Of a DNA stretch of 64,000 nt, positions 49,266 to 58,627 are shown one piece after another; position 1 is the stretch's first letter; every line of letters starts with the position of its first letter. This stretch comes from Candidatus Hydrothermarchaeum profundi (lineage in GTDB: Archaea; Hydrothermarchaeota; Hydrothermarchaeia; Hydrothermarchaeales; Hydrothermarchaeaceae). The notes under the pieces are model-generated. The model made no database searches. It saw nothing but the letters and a program-made list of their open reading frames with translations, and was not told the origin of the DNA. The DNA is taken from assembly GCA_002011125.2 (NCBI GenBank), contig MTMF02000009.1, positions 1,160,989-1,224,988 on the forward strand, in the 5' to 3' direction. The translations under genes and the position numbers were made by a program.

Positions 49266-50396
49266 TTATTTAAAACTTTTTTGTAAAAAAGGAAGAAAGG
49301 GACTTGACAAAGAATACTTTGACTTACTGGTTTCTGTAAGTTTTTTGGTTGTCCTCAAAATACATGATTTGGGTTTCCATTTTTCATTTTGATCCATACT
49401 TGTCACTAAGGCCTTTTTTATTTTTCTTGTCTCAAGACCGAATTTTATGAGTGAAGTTACTACTCCTCCATCTTGTGAGTTTTTAAGAATTTCCTGCATT
49501 GTTGAACGTGCTGAATAAATCTTCTTTGCATCACTGTTTGTATAAAATTTTGTAATTAACTGGATCTCATCGCATCCAAAAGCAAGATTAGCCTTAGGGC
49601 ATATTATGAAACATGCTCCACATATTTTTTTATGGCATTCCCCCTTTATCCTAGGAAGTTCTCCTTCAAATTCAAAAGCTTGTGTTGGGCAGATGGAAGC
49701 ACAAGCTCCACATTTTATACAAATATTTCGTGAAATTACGAAAAAATCTAATACATAGCAGTTTTGATTAACCGTTAATTCATAAATTTCCTTCTTTTTT
49801 ATGTCAGAGAAGTTATTATAAAAAATCGGAAGTCCTTCCAGATGTTTATTCATCTCTTTGATTGCAGATTCTCTCTTTTTTATATCCATTTTTCTAATCC
49901 TATCTAACTGTTTCTTATCAACTTCAGAAACTTCTATGTATCCTCTGCGAATAGCTTCCAATACAAAACTTGACCCTTTTTCAGAGCGTGTTATTAAGGT
50001 TGACCATCCTGTTGGAGAACCCATTGAACCCACAGAGATATCAGAAAAGTTAGAACTAAAATCTGAGCAAATTCTACAGCCTTCATGTACCAATTTTCTG
50101 AGTTCATATATCTCAAGGTCTATTCTTTCGTCTCCAAAAAATAATTCTATCGAGTTATTTTCAATTGTCATTTTAGTAAGACAGTTTATTTCTCTTACTT
50201 CTTCAATTAATTTCTTCAAATATTTGTACTCTATATTTTCCTTACAGAACAGACCTATTGTTATATCTATATCTTTAAACCAGCTTAAACTTTGGAATGC
50301 AACTGAATCCGTGCTATCTTCTTTGAGATTATATTGATAAAAGCTCTGAATTTTCCTGATAGCTTGTATATGGCAGGGGAGTCCAACAAATAACAT
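49266..50396 (-). CDS. F420-dependent hydrogenase/dehydrogenase beta-subunit (FrhB)-like protein with permuted domain order
   Basis: FrhB C-domain motifs first (VGLPCHI, IGLFC.EN, C.IC.DF, DISVG), then ferredoxin (CIKCGACASICP, CGACFIICP), then N-domain (QDGGVVTSL, SKYS). Confidence 0.75.
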   Translation of the reverse strand: MLFVGLPCHIQAIRKIQSFYQYNLKEDSTDSVAFQSLSWFKDIDITIGLFCKENIEYKYLKKLIEEVREINCLTKMTIENNSIELFFGDERIDLEIYELRKLVHEGCRICSDFSSNFSDISVGSMGSPTGWSTLITRSEKGSSFVLEAIRRGYIEVSEVDKKQLDRIRKMDIKKRESAIKEMNKHLEGLPIFYNNFSDIKKKEIYELTVNQNCYVLDFFVISRNICIKCGACASICPTQAFEFEGELPRIKGECHKKICGACFIICPKANLAFGCDEIQLITKFYTNSDAKKIYSARSTMQEILKNSQDGGVVTSLIKFGLETRKIKKALVTSMDQNEKWKPKSCILRTTKKLTETSKSKYSLSSPFLPFLQKSFK

Positions 50397-50504
50397 ATTT
50401 TGTGATGAGGTTTTTTAACTTTAAAATTATTTTTGTTAGAGTAGAGCTCTATGTGTTATTTAATGTTAATATTTATTTAATCTTACATATAAAGAATATT
50501 TAGA

Positions 50505-51905
50505 GTGATTTTAATGAAGGTTACATTGATTAATCCTATGATATCTCGGAAAGAACTAAGGTGGGATATTGAGGGATCTTACCCTCCATTAGGGCTTTGT
50601 TATATAGCTTCTGTATTAGAGGAAAAAGGTCATAAGGTAAACATAATAGATGCGGAATGCCTCCATTTATCTGGAAAAGAACTTGAGGCGGAATTAAAGA
50701 GACAAAGTCCTGATATTGTAGGTATCACTTCAGTTACACCAAAATATGAGAGATTTGTTGAAACGATTAAAGTAGTAGAAAAAATAGATAGAGAGATACC
50801 TATTGTACTAGGGGGGCCCCATGCTACTCAAGTTCCAATAGAAACAATGCAAAGCTTGAGTGAAGTAGACTTTTTGGTAAGAGATGAAGGCGAGCATACT
50901 ATGGCAGAGTTGGTGCATGCCATTGAAAAAGATATTCCTTTTAATGAAATAAAAGGGTTGGTCTACAGGAAAAATGGAAAGATAAAATGTAATGAGCGAA
51001 GACCGTTTATAGAAAATCTCGATGAACTTCCGTTCCCTGCAAGACATTTGATTCCAGATCTTAAAAGATATAAACTACCTTTTAGATATAAGAGACTTCC
51101 CGTTACTACTATGATAACTAGTAGAGGATGTCCGTTTGGTTGTTTATTTTGTGATAGGATTTTCGGGAAAAAATATAGGATGCATTCTGCAGATTACGTT
51201 ATTGAAGAAATCGAGCACCTTATTGAACGATATAAAATTAGGGAAATTCATTTCGTCGATGATATGTTTCTTCTAGATCATAAAAGGACTGAAGAAATAT
51301 GCAAAAAGATAATAGATAGAGGTATTGATATCTCATGGTCTTGTAATGGAAGGATTAATACGATGAGCAAAGAACACGCTAAATTAATAAAAAAAGCAGG
51401 ATGTTGGTATGTGAGTTTTGGAATTGAAAGTGGGAATCAAAGGATTTTGAATTTTATTAGGAAAGGCACTACTTTATCCCAAATTAAAAAAGTTGTAGGT
51501 TGGACGCATGAGGCTGGGATTTGGACTAAAGGATATTTTATGATAGGGCATCCAACTGATGATGAAGAAAGTATTAGGGATACAATAGAATTTGCAAAAT
51601 CATTGCCGCTAGATTCTGTCCAATTTAGTATAACGGTACCTTATCCAGGGACAGAATTATATGAAATTGCTCCAAATTATGGTCATTTTGAATATCAAAA
51701 CTATTCTAAGATGTCAGGGCATTCAAATGAACCTGTATTTGTTCCAAATGGTTTAACAAAGGATTTTTTAATAGAAATTCAAAAAAAAGCTTATAAAGAA
51801 TTTTATTTAAGGCCCTCATATATCCTAAGAAATATTCTTAAAATACGAGATTTGACTTCTCTTAAAAAATACTTAGAGAGAGGGCTTACTTATATTAAGG
51901 CATAA
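50505..51905 (+). CDS. Cobalamin-dependent (class B) radical SAM enzyme
   Basis: PPLGLCYIAS, GGPHAT, EGE; TSRGCPFGCLFC; GIESG; PYPGT. Confidence 0.92.
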   Translation: MILMKVTLINPMISRKELRWDIEGSYPPLGLCYIASVLEEKGHKVNIIDAECLHLSGKELEAELKRQSPDIVGITSVTPKYERFVETIKVVEKIDREIPIVLGGPHATQVPIETMQSLSEVDFLVRDEGEHTMAELVHAIEKDIPFNEIKGLVYRKNGKIKCNERRPFIENLDELPFPARHLIPDLKRYKLPFRYKRLPVTTMITSRGCPFGCLFCDRIFGKKYRMHSADYVIEEIEHLIERYKIREIHFVDDMFLLDHKRTEEICKKIIDRGIDISWSCNGRINTMSKEHAKLIKKAGCWYVSFGIESGNQRILNFIRKGTTLSQIKKVVGWTHEAGIWTKGYFMIGHPTDDEESIRDTIEFAKSLPLDSVQFSITVPYPGTELYEIAPNYGHFEYQNYSKMSGHSNEPVFVPNGLTKDFLIEIQKKAYKEFYLRPSYILRNILKIRDLTSLKKYLERGLTYIKA

Positions 51906-51922
51906 ATCAAAAAAGGTCTTTT

Positions 51923-52822
51923 ATGTTAGGGATCACAATAACTTTTTTGTTCTATTTTTTAACAGCTCTTTTTGTAAATATTATTGCTTTGCTCGTTCTA
52001 TCGTTTAGATTTCAAATAATAATGAATTCTCTAAACGAAAGACTCTCCCTTCTGAATTCATTTAATTCTCTTTGCTTTGTACAATTTACAAGTTATCTCA
52101 CTCCATTCAGAAGTGGTTCTGTTATAACAAGACCCTTAGCTATAAAGTTGCTTTCGGGGAATCCTATAAGAAAATCAGTAGTGCCTTCACTGTTCGAGCA
52201 ACTTTATGATCTGGGCTGGCAAATGTTGATACTGCCTTTTCTTTTACTAGTTGCAGGTGAAAAAAAACTACTCAATAATGCAATATTTGAGATTACTATT
52301 CTCTTATTGATGATTATAATATTTTCTTTTATCCTCAAGGATTATGAAAGTTATATTGAATTTATTTGGAAACTGAAAAATATTTTTCCAAATTTTATTA
52401 AAAGAAAAGTTATAAAGATCGGGGTAACTAAAAAAAATATAAAAAATATGATTAAAGAAATTTCTATATTTACGTCAAATAAGAATTTAATAATTAGAAT
52501 TTCAATTCTTACGCTTGTGTTAATTATCATTTTACCATTTATTGTACAATTAGCAGGCTCAATGTATTCACTAAAAATTTCTTATCAAAAATCTTTTCTA
52601 ATTTACTGGATATCAATGATAATCGGAAGACTATCAGGCATCCCTGGCGGCTTTGGGTCAAGAGATGTAACAATGATAGGTCTGTTAAATCTTTATTCTA
52701 TTGATTCAATTTTAGCAGTTAAAATCACTTTAGTGTATAGAATAATAGCTATGTTGCCTCATATAGTAGTAGGCGGATTTTTATCCTTATATTTCGGAAA
52801 AAAAATATATTCCCGTGTTTAA
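51923..52822 (+). CDS. Lysylphosphatidylglycerol-synthase-TM / UPF0104 flippase-like membrane protein
   Basis: Multi-TM; TPFRSG, IPGGFGSRD, VYR motifs. Confidence 0.75.
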   Translation: MLGITITFLFYFLTALFVNIIALLVLSFRFQIIMNSLNERLSLLNSFNSLCFVQFTSYLTPFRSGSVITRPLAIKLLSGNPIRKSVVPSLFEQLYDLGWQMLILPFLLLVAGEKKLLNNAIFEITILLLMIIIFSFILKDYESYIEFIWKLKNIFPNFIKRKVIKIGVTKKNIKNMIKEISIFTSNKNLIIRISILTLVLIIILPFIVQLAGSMYSLKISYQKSFLIYWISMIIGRLSGIPGGFGSRDVTMIGLLNLYSIDSILAVKITLVYRIIAMLPHIVVGGFLSLYFGKKIYSRV

Positions 52823-54314
52823 CTTCAAGGTGATACTAATGCATAGAAAAGAGTTTTATTCTTCTCAGATTAAGAAATTTTTTCCAAAACTACTAACCCT
52901 CCAAGATATTAGAAAAAACTCAGATACCTATGGATGTTTTGATCTTCCTTATTGGGAGGGCGAAATAGATTTCCCCAATGCGAGATGGCAAGAAGCTGTA
53001 GCGGCTATATCTTGGTTATATCTAAAAAAAAAAGATCGGATATTAGGAAAAAGAATAGAAGGTGGAATTTCCTTTTGGAAATCTCTACAAAATAAAGATG
53101 GGTCATTTCCAGAATATAATAAGAGAGATAGAAGTTTTTCTGCAACAGCTTTTTCTTCGTTAGCTGTTGCGTTAGCAATAAGACTAACTAATAACAACGA
53201 AGAGGAATGGCTCGACGCTTTATATAAAGCCGGTAAATGGTTGGCAAAGAATAACGAGCATATATACCTGAATCAACAGGCAGCAGCTTCATTAGCTCTT
53301 TTATATATATATTATCTTACTAAAGAGGAAAAATTTCTAGATGAATCGGAAAAAAAATTAAATGAAATTCTTAGAAATCAAACTGAGGATGGGTATTATC
53401 CAGAGAAAAAAGGCCTAGATTTAAGCTATTCTTCTCTTACTTTGGCTTTATTAGGAAACTATTATGTTAATGTAAAAGATCGCAGGATAATTAATTCAGC
53501 AAAAAAATTTATCAGTTTTGCGTCACATTTTATTTTTCCTGACGGTTCTTTCGGAGGCTACTACAATACAAGGACGGTAGGATGGTTAATTTTAGATGGT
53601 TTCGAAATTTTTTCTAAAAGTATTCCTCTGTCTAATTTTTTATTAGAAAAAATAACTAAGGCACATGTTGAACAAATTTGCAGGATAGAACATCTGCCGG
53701 ATAATCGCCACTTATGTACTGATTTAATTTGGTTATGCTTGGCGTATGATCACTGTAAAAATAAATTCCAAATGCCAGTTGTGGACTTTCCTGAGAGAAA
53801 GATTTTCAACGCAAGTAATATTAAAATAATTAGGAATAGAAACTACATCATTATTACTGATATGTCAGAAGAAAGACTGTTTTCACTCTGGACTACTAAT
53901 GGTTTTAGGATATTTGTTAATCCATTTGAAAGAGAGGAAAAAAAAGTTTCGCCGCTTATAAGGAGGTTCGGTGTCCACAAGTTAAGAAGATTTAAATACC
54001 TCAAATTCAAAAAATTTACAACACCCTTAAAGATTAGTATGCTGTCTAACGAGAGGGTAGTATTAACAGGTGATAAAATAATCTTAGCAACAAGACCAAA
54101 CGAACTCTCGATTTCAGGGAATAACTTTAATATGTTGAGATTATCAAGTAAAGATGGTTATATTGTTATTAAAATCGAAGATGGTGATTTGAGTTATCTT
54201 GATAGAGGAGTAATATCAGTTTCTGATTCCATTTTTTATGGTGATAAAGCTTTACATTTCATTGAAGTATTCTCGGTAGATAAAAAAAATATTAACTTTC
54301 ATTTGATAATATGA
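52815..54314 (+). CDS. Hypothetical protein with (alpha/alpha)-toroid-like repeats
   Basis: Repeated QxxDGxF/Y motifs (QNKDGSFPE, QTEDGYYPE, FPDGSFGG) separated by helices. Confidence 0.55.
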   Translation: MFNFKVILMHRKEFYSSQIKKFFPKLLTLQDIRKNSDTYGCFDLPYWEGEIDFPNARWQEAVAAISWLYLKKKDRILGKRIEGGISFWKSLQNKDGSFPEYNKRDRSFSATAFSSLAVALAIRLTNNNEEEWLDALYKAGKWLAKNNEHIYLNQQAAASLALLYIYYLTKEEKFLDESEKKLNEILRNQTEDGYYPEKKGLDLSYSSLTLALLGNYYVNVKDRRIINSAKKFISFASHFIFPDGSFGGYYNTRTVGWLILDGFEIFSKSIPLSNFLLEKITKAHVEQICRIEHLPDNRHLCTDLIWLCLAYDHCKNKFQMPVVDFPERKIFNASNIKIIRNRNYIIITDMSEERLFSLWTTNGFRIFVNPFEREEKKVSPLIRRFGVHKLRRFKYLKFKKFTTPLKISMLSNERVVLTGDKIILATRPNELSISGNNFNMLRLSSKDGYIVIKIEDGDLSYLDRGVISVSDSIFYGDKALHFIEVFSVDKKNINFHLII

Positions 54315-55300
54315 TTTCAGAGTACCCGTTTATTTCAATAGTTATAATTACTCAAAATGAAGAAAAAAATATTAAAGACTGTCTAGATTCTATTATGGCT
54401 ATAGATTATCCCAAAGAAAGATATGAGATAATCATAGTGGATAGTTCTTCTGATAAAACTGCCGAAATAGCTAATAAATATAGTGTAAAAATTTTAAAAA
54501 CCAGTCCTAATAATTTTGCTTTTTCACGAAATATAGGAATTAACGAAGCTAAGGGAGAATTTGTAGCTTTTACTGATGCTGATTGTATTGTGCCTAGAGA
54601 TTGGCTAAAAACCTTAGTAAAAAATTTTGATAGTAATACGGCTGGAGTTGGAGGAAATGCATTTCCACCTAAGAATTCAACTTACTTTGGAAAATGTGTT
54701 GCAAGTCTAGGATTTCCTGCAGGTGGTTCTATTGGTCTAGATAGCCTCGTCAAAAAAATAGATAGTGGGGTTAGTGCACTATCTACATGCAATGCTATCT
54801 TTAAAAAAGATGTGATTTGTAAAATTGGAGGGTTTAATGAAAAATTAAATTATGGTGGAGAAGATTTTGATTTATCCCGAAGGCTGAGAAGTAAGGGGTA
54901 TATTTTAAAATATGAGCCAAAATCGTATGTTTACCATAAGCCTAGAGAAACCATTGCCGAATTTTTAAAATGGAATTATCGTAGGGGTAAAGCCAAATAT
55001 AAATACAATAAATTAAATTCTTTATTTGTTTTCTTAAATCCTTTTTCAATAACTTGGATTGGCTTTTTATTTTTTCTGAGTTTGGTTAATATAAGATACT
55101 CTCTTTTTTTTATACTCTGCATATGGCTCTTTACAATATTAGTGATGTTTTTAGGTACTAAGAGGTATAGGATGTTAATAAGCCGTAGAAAAAAAAGTGG
55201 TATAGATCTACCCTCTATTTTTATTACTGTAGCATTTTTATTTTATCTAAGACAAATGTTTTTAAACTTAGGCCAAATGAGGGAGATGCTTTCTAAATGA
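54311..55300 (+). CDS. GT2 glycosyltransferase with C-terminal TM segments
   Basis: ISIVI, IIVD..SDKT, RNIGI, FTDAD, GGFNE, GED. Confidence 0.9.
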   Translation: MISEYPFISIVIITQNEEKNIKDCLDSIMAIDYPKERYEIIIVDSSSDKTAEIANKYSVKILKTSPNNFAFSRNIGINEAKGEFVAFTDADCIVPRDWLKTLVKNFDSNTAGVGGNAFPPKNSTYFGKCVASLGFPAGGSIGLDSLVKKIDSGVSALSTCNAIFKKDVICKIGGFNEKLNYGGEDFDLSRRLRSKGYILKYEPKSYVYHKPRETIAEFLKWNYRRGKAKYKYNKLNSLFVFLNPFSITWIGFLFFLSLVNIRYSLFFILCIWLFTILVMFLGTKRYRMLISRRKKSGIDLPSIFITVAFLFYLRQMFLNLGQMREMLSK

Positions 55301-56667
55301 CGAAGTTATTCCTAGAGGATGTATTAAAAAAAAGGAGAAGCATTAGAAAATTCAAAAAAGAAAAAATAGATTTAGCACTGATTCGGGAGGTAGTGGAAGC
55401 TGGGAGGTGGGCTCCCTCTGCATGCAATATGCAACATTGGGAATTTGTAGTAATAACTGATGAGAAAAAAATCAAAAATATATACGAGAAAGCTGGAGGA
55501 CAAAATATAATAAAAAATGCACCAGCGATTATTGCTGTTTTTTTCCATAAAGAATTAAACTCACAAAATTACGCTAATATCCAATCAGCATCAGCAGCAG
55601 TGCAAAATATGCTATTAAAAGCTTATGAGTTGGGTTTGGGAACATGTTGGGTCTGTGGTTTTGGAGATAAAAAGGAAATTAAAAAATTATTAAAGGCACC
55701 TGAAAATTTTGAACTTTTATGCTTAGTTTTGATAGGAAAGCCTTTGGAAGAACCTTACCCTCCCCCCTCAAGAAGACCATTATCGAAAATAATCTATTTA
55801 AATGAGTTCTCTCCTACTCCTCCTAAATTTCCCACGGGGATAAGAACTTCTTTATGGGATATTAGTGAAGTTTTGGAGTATCAAAAATACTCCTCTAGGG
55901 CAGGTGGACTGGGGAAAGATTATGAAAAATATGACGCTGAAGAAATAGAGGCGATTAGAGAGACTCTAAAAAAAATCTTACCGCGAGATAAATTAAGGAT
56001 CTTGTCTCTTTACTCCTATGATGGGACAATATTAAAAAAAATTATGAAAATCTTTGAAAACCATGAAATGTTTGATCTTGAGTTAAGTAAGGAAGCTTGT
56101 CTTTATATTGAAAGTAAAGTGGGGTATATGAATTTTTCAGTAGGAGCCCTCAAATTGCCATTTAAAAAAGAATCCTTTGATATTATAGTAGCGATTTTTT
56201 CTTTAGAAAAGATACCACAATGGGAAAAACTTATAGAAGACTCTTACTTTTTTTTAAAAAGAAACGGTAAAATGATAATATTCTTTAAAAATAGCATTTC
56301 ATTATATGGATTGATATATCTTGGGATTGAAAAAATATTAAAAGTTAGAGATGTTCAGAGTTTTTATAGCTCTGGGCCATTTGAACCTATTAATTCAATA
56401 AAACTGAAAAAAATTTTGGTAAAATATGGTTTTTATCTAAAAACGAAAGGATTCTTTTTGGTACCTCCAGATGTATTGATCTATTCAAAAAAAATAGATA
56501 GATATTTAAAACGTCATGGAAAAGAGATATCTCATTTTAAGTTCTTATTGAAATATATAGCAAGTATATTGGTATATTTATTTAGAATAACGAAAAGAGT
56601 TAGGTTAACGGAAATATCATCCACTATGCTGATAATAGCAGAAAAAATAGATAATAGATATTTATGA
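55297..56667 (+). CDS. Nitroreductase-family domain fused to a class I SAM-methyltransferase-like domain
   Basis: RRSIRKF, APSACNMQHWEF, QNMLL.AYELGLGTCW; C-terminal LPFKKESFDII..., LKRNGKMII. Confidence 0.78.
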   Translation: MTKLFLEDVLKKRRSIRKFKKEKIDLALIREVVEAGRWAPSACNMQHWEFVVITDEKKIKNIYEKAGGQNIIKNAPAIIAVFFHKELNSQNYANIQSASAAVQNMLLKAYELGLGTCWVCGFGDKKEIKKLLKAPENFELLCLVLIGKPLEEPYPPPSRRPLSKIIYLNEFSPTPPKFPTGIRTSLWDISEVLEYQKYSSRAGGLGKDYEKYDAEEIEAIRETLKKILPRDKLRILSLYSYDGTILKKIMKIFENHEMFDLELSKEACLYIESKVGYMNFSVGALKLPFKKESFDIIVAIFSLEKIPQWEKLIEDSYFFLKRNGKMIIFFKNSISLYGLIYLGIEKILKVRDVQSFYSSGPFEPINSIKLKKILVKYGFYLKTKGFFLVPPDVLIYSKKIDRYLKRHGKEISHFKFLLKYIASILVYLFRITKRVRLTEISSTMLIIAEKIDNRYL

Positions 56668-57596
56668 AACTAGTTGTAACTATTCCGGCTTTTAATGAAG
56701 AAAAAACGATTGGAAAAGTAATTAGAAATATTCCTAGAGATTGTTGTGATGAAGTAGAAGTTCTGGTTATCGATGACGGTTCTACTGATAAAACTGTAGA
56801 ACGAGCCAGAGAAAATGGTGCTGATAAGATAGTGACCTTTAAAAGAAATTTAGGACTTGCTACGGCTTTTAGGAAAGGAATAGAAACGGCTTTAGAGATG
56901 AAAGCGGATATAATAGTAAATATAGATGCTGATGGGCAATACGATCCTAACGAGATTCCTGTGATCATACAGCCCATACTAGAAGGAAAAGCGGATATAG
57001 TTTTAGGTTCTCGGTTCTTAGGTAATATTGAATACATGCCTATCCAAAAGAAACTGGGAAATAAACTTGCAACAAAAATAACTAGCTTCCTTGTGGGTAT
57101 ACCCATATCAGATGCACAAACTGGGTTCAGAGCCTTCACAAAAAATGCAGCAATGAAGATTCATGTTTTGTCAAAATATACCTATGTACAGGAAACTATA
57201 ATACAAGCTGTTTATAAAAATTTAAAAATACTTGAAGTTCCTTGTAGTTTCAGAAAAAGAGAAGGAAAATCTAGGCTAATCTCAAATATCTTCACATATG
57301 CAATAAAAGCGGGACTTGTTATATTTAAGACCTATTTAGACTATAAACCTTTAAAAGTTTTTTTGTTTCTTGGGGGGGCGCTGTTTCTAGTGGGGCTACT
57401 ATTTGGAGCTAGGGTATTAATAGATTTCTTGCAAACCGGGGGAGTGCACTTTCTGCCTTCGGCAATACTTACAGCTATTTTCCTAATTATAGGATTTCAG
57501 ATAGTTGTTTTGGGATTAATTGCGGCAATGATCGGAACAAATCGGAGGATAATGGAAGATATACTCTATTACCAGAAAAAATCGAGGTATAAATGA
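56664..57596 (+). CDS. GT2 glycosyltransferase (polyprenol-phosphate mannose synthase-like)
   Basis: IPAFNEE, IDDGSTD, IDADGQY, GSRF, DAQTGFRAF, R.GKSRL, two C-terminal TM. Confidence 0.92.
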   Translation: MKLVVTIPAFNEEKTIGKVIRNIPRDCCDEVEVLVIDDGSTDKTVERARENGADKIVTFKRNLGLATAFRKGIETALEMKADIIVNIDADGQYDPNEIPVIIQPILEGKADIVLGSRFLGNIEYMPIQKKLGNKLATKITSFLVGIPISDAQTGFRAFTKNAAMKIHVLSKYTYVQETIIQAVYKNLKILEVPCSFRKREGKSRLISNIFTYAIKAGLVIFKTYLDYKPLKVFLFLGGALFLVGLLFGARVLIDFLQTGGVHFLPSAILTAIFLIIGFQIVVLGLIAAMIGTNRRIMEDILYYQKKSRYK

Positions 57597-57655
57597 ATCA
57601 AGACTATCTTTTAGATATTTTTTCATATTTGTTGATTTAGCTAAAACCTAAAACC

Positions 57656-58562
57656 TGTTCTATCTTACCACATGTGTCTGCTTTTAAATCCTTGGAAGTG
57701 AGAACAGATGTGGGGTCATATTGGAGCGAGAACTGAAACGTAGGAGATGGACAGTTCACAAGAAACTCCAAGGCTGGAAGGAGAAGGATATCGCTGGGGC
57801 TCTTAAAAATATGTGCCAGGACTGTGAGAAGCTGGTGGAAGGCTTACCACCAGTACGGATGGTCAGGATTGGAGTTCAAGACCCAAAGACCTAAGACTAT
57901 CCATAGAAAGGACGAGAAAGCAGTTAGACCGAGCCATAGAGTTAAGTACAAGATACGGCTGGGGTCCAAAGCAAGGATAGCGGCCTACATGAAAGGGGAG
58001 GGCATACGCATATAATACAGTCTTATAGATATCTCTGTGATACGGGGCTCAACAGGCCGCAAGACAAGCCCCGGATAGACCTAGAGCAAAACACGGTTCC
58101 AGAAAGAATATCCTAATAGCTTGTGGTAGGCCGACTTCAAGCTGGCTGAGGACGACTAATTGGATGCTCACCTACCTGGATGACCACTCAAGGTTTGTCC
58201 TAGGATCTGAGAAGTTCTACGATCCCCTCTAAGAATGTCCTATGGCTCTTGGAAGAGTGTGTAGATACATATGGTAGGCCAGAGTAGATCCTCAGCGATA
58301 AGGTACGCAGTTCTATCCGGCTAGGAAGAAGGGCTGCCAGGGGCTTGGTATAGAGCATATTGTGGCAAGTAAGAGAAGACCGTCCATGATAGGTAAAGGT
58401 AAGGTAATGGACTTCATAAGGCCTATGTGTTTGAGGCCTGGATGTTTAACAGTCTCAGTAAGTTAGTGTACTACTGGAACTATGAGAGGCCTCACCAAGG
58501 GATCCACTATATGTCTCCTGCCTAGTTATACTTTAACAGGACATATGTCCTAGGATAGAACA
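57656..58562 (+). mobile_element. Degenerate IS481-family insertion sequence
   Basis: 23-bp imperfect TIRs TGTTCTATCTTACCACATGTGTC / GACATATGTCCTAGGATAGAACA (TGT...ACA ends); broken transposase YPNSLW*ADFK, LTYLDDHSRFV, ILSD, GIEHI, NYERPHQG; flanks CTAAAACC / ATAAAACC. Confidence 0.82.
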
Positions 58563-58627
58563 ATAAAACCCTAAAACCCAAAAATTTTAAATACCATTAA
58601 TATTGGCAACTAATAAAATTTAAGATA

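Noticed and set aside
57641-58580. CTAAAACC short repeats as an independent repeat system
   Set aside because: Only about two copies on each side of the IS481 relic; explained by a short tandem target plus target-site duplication.
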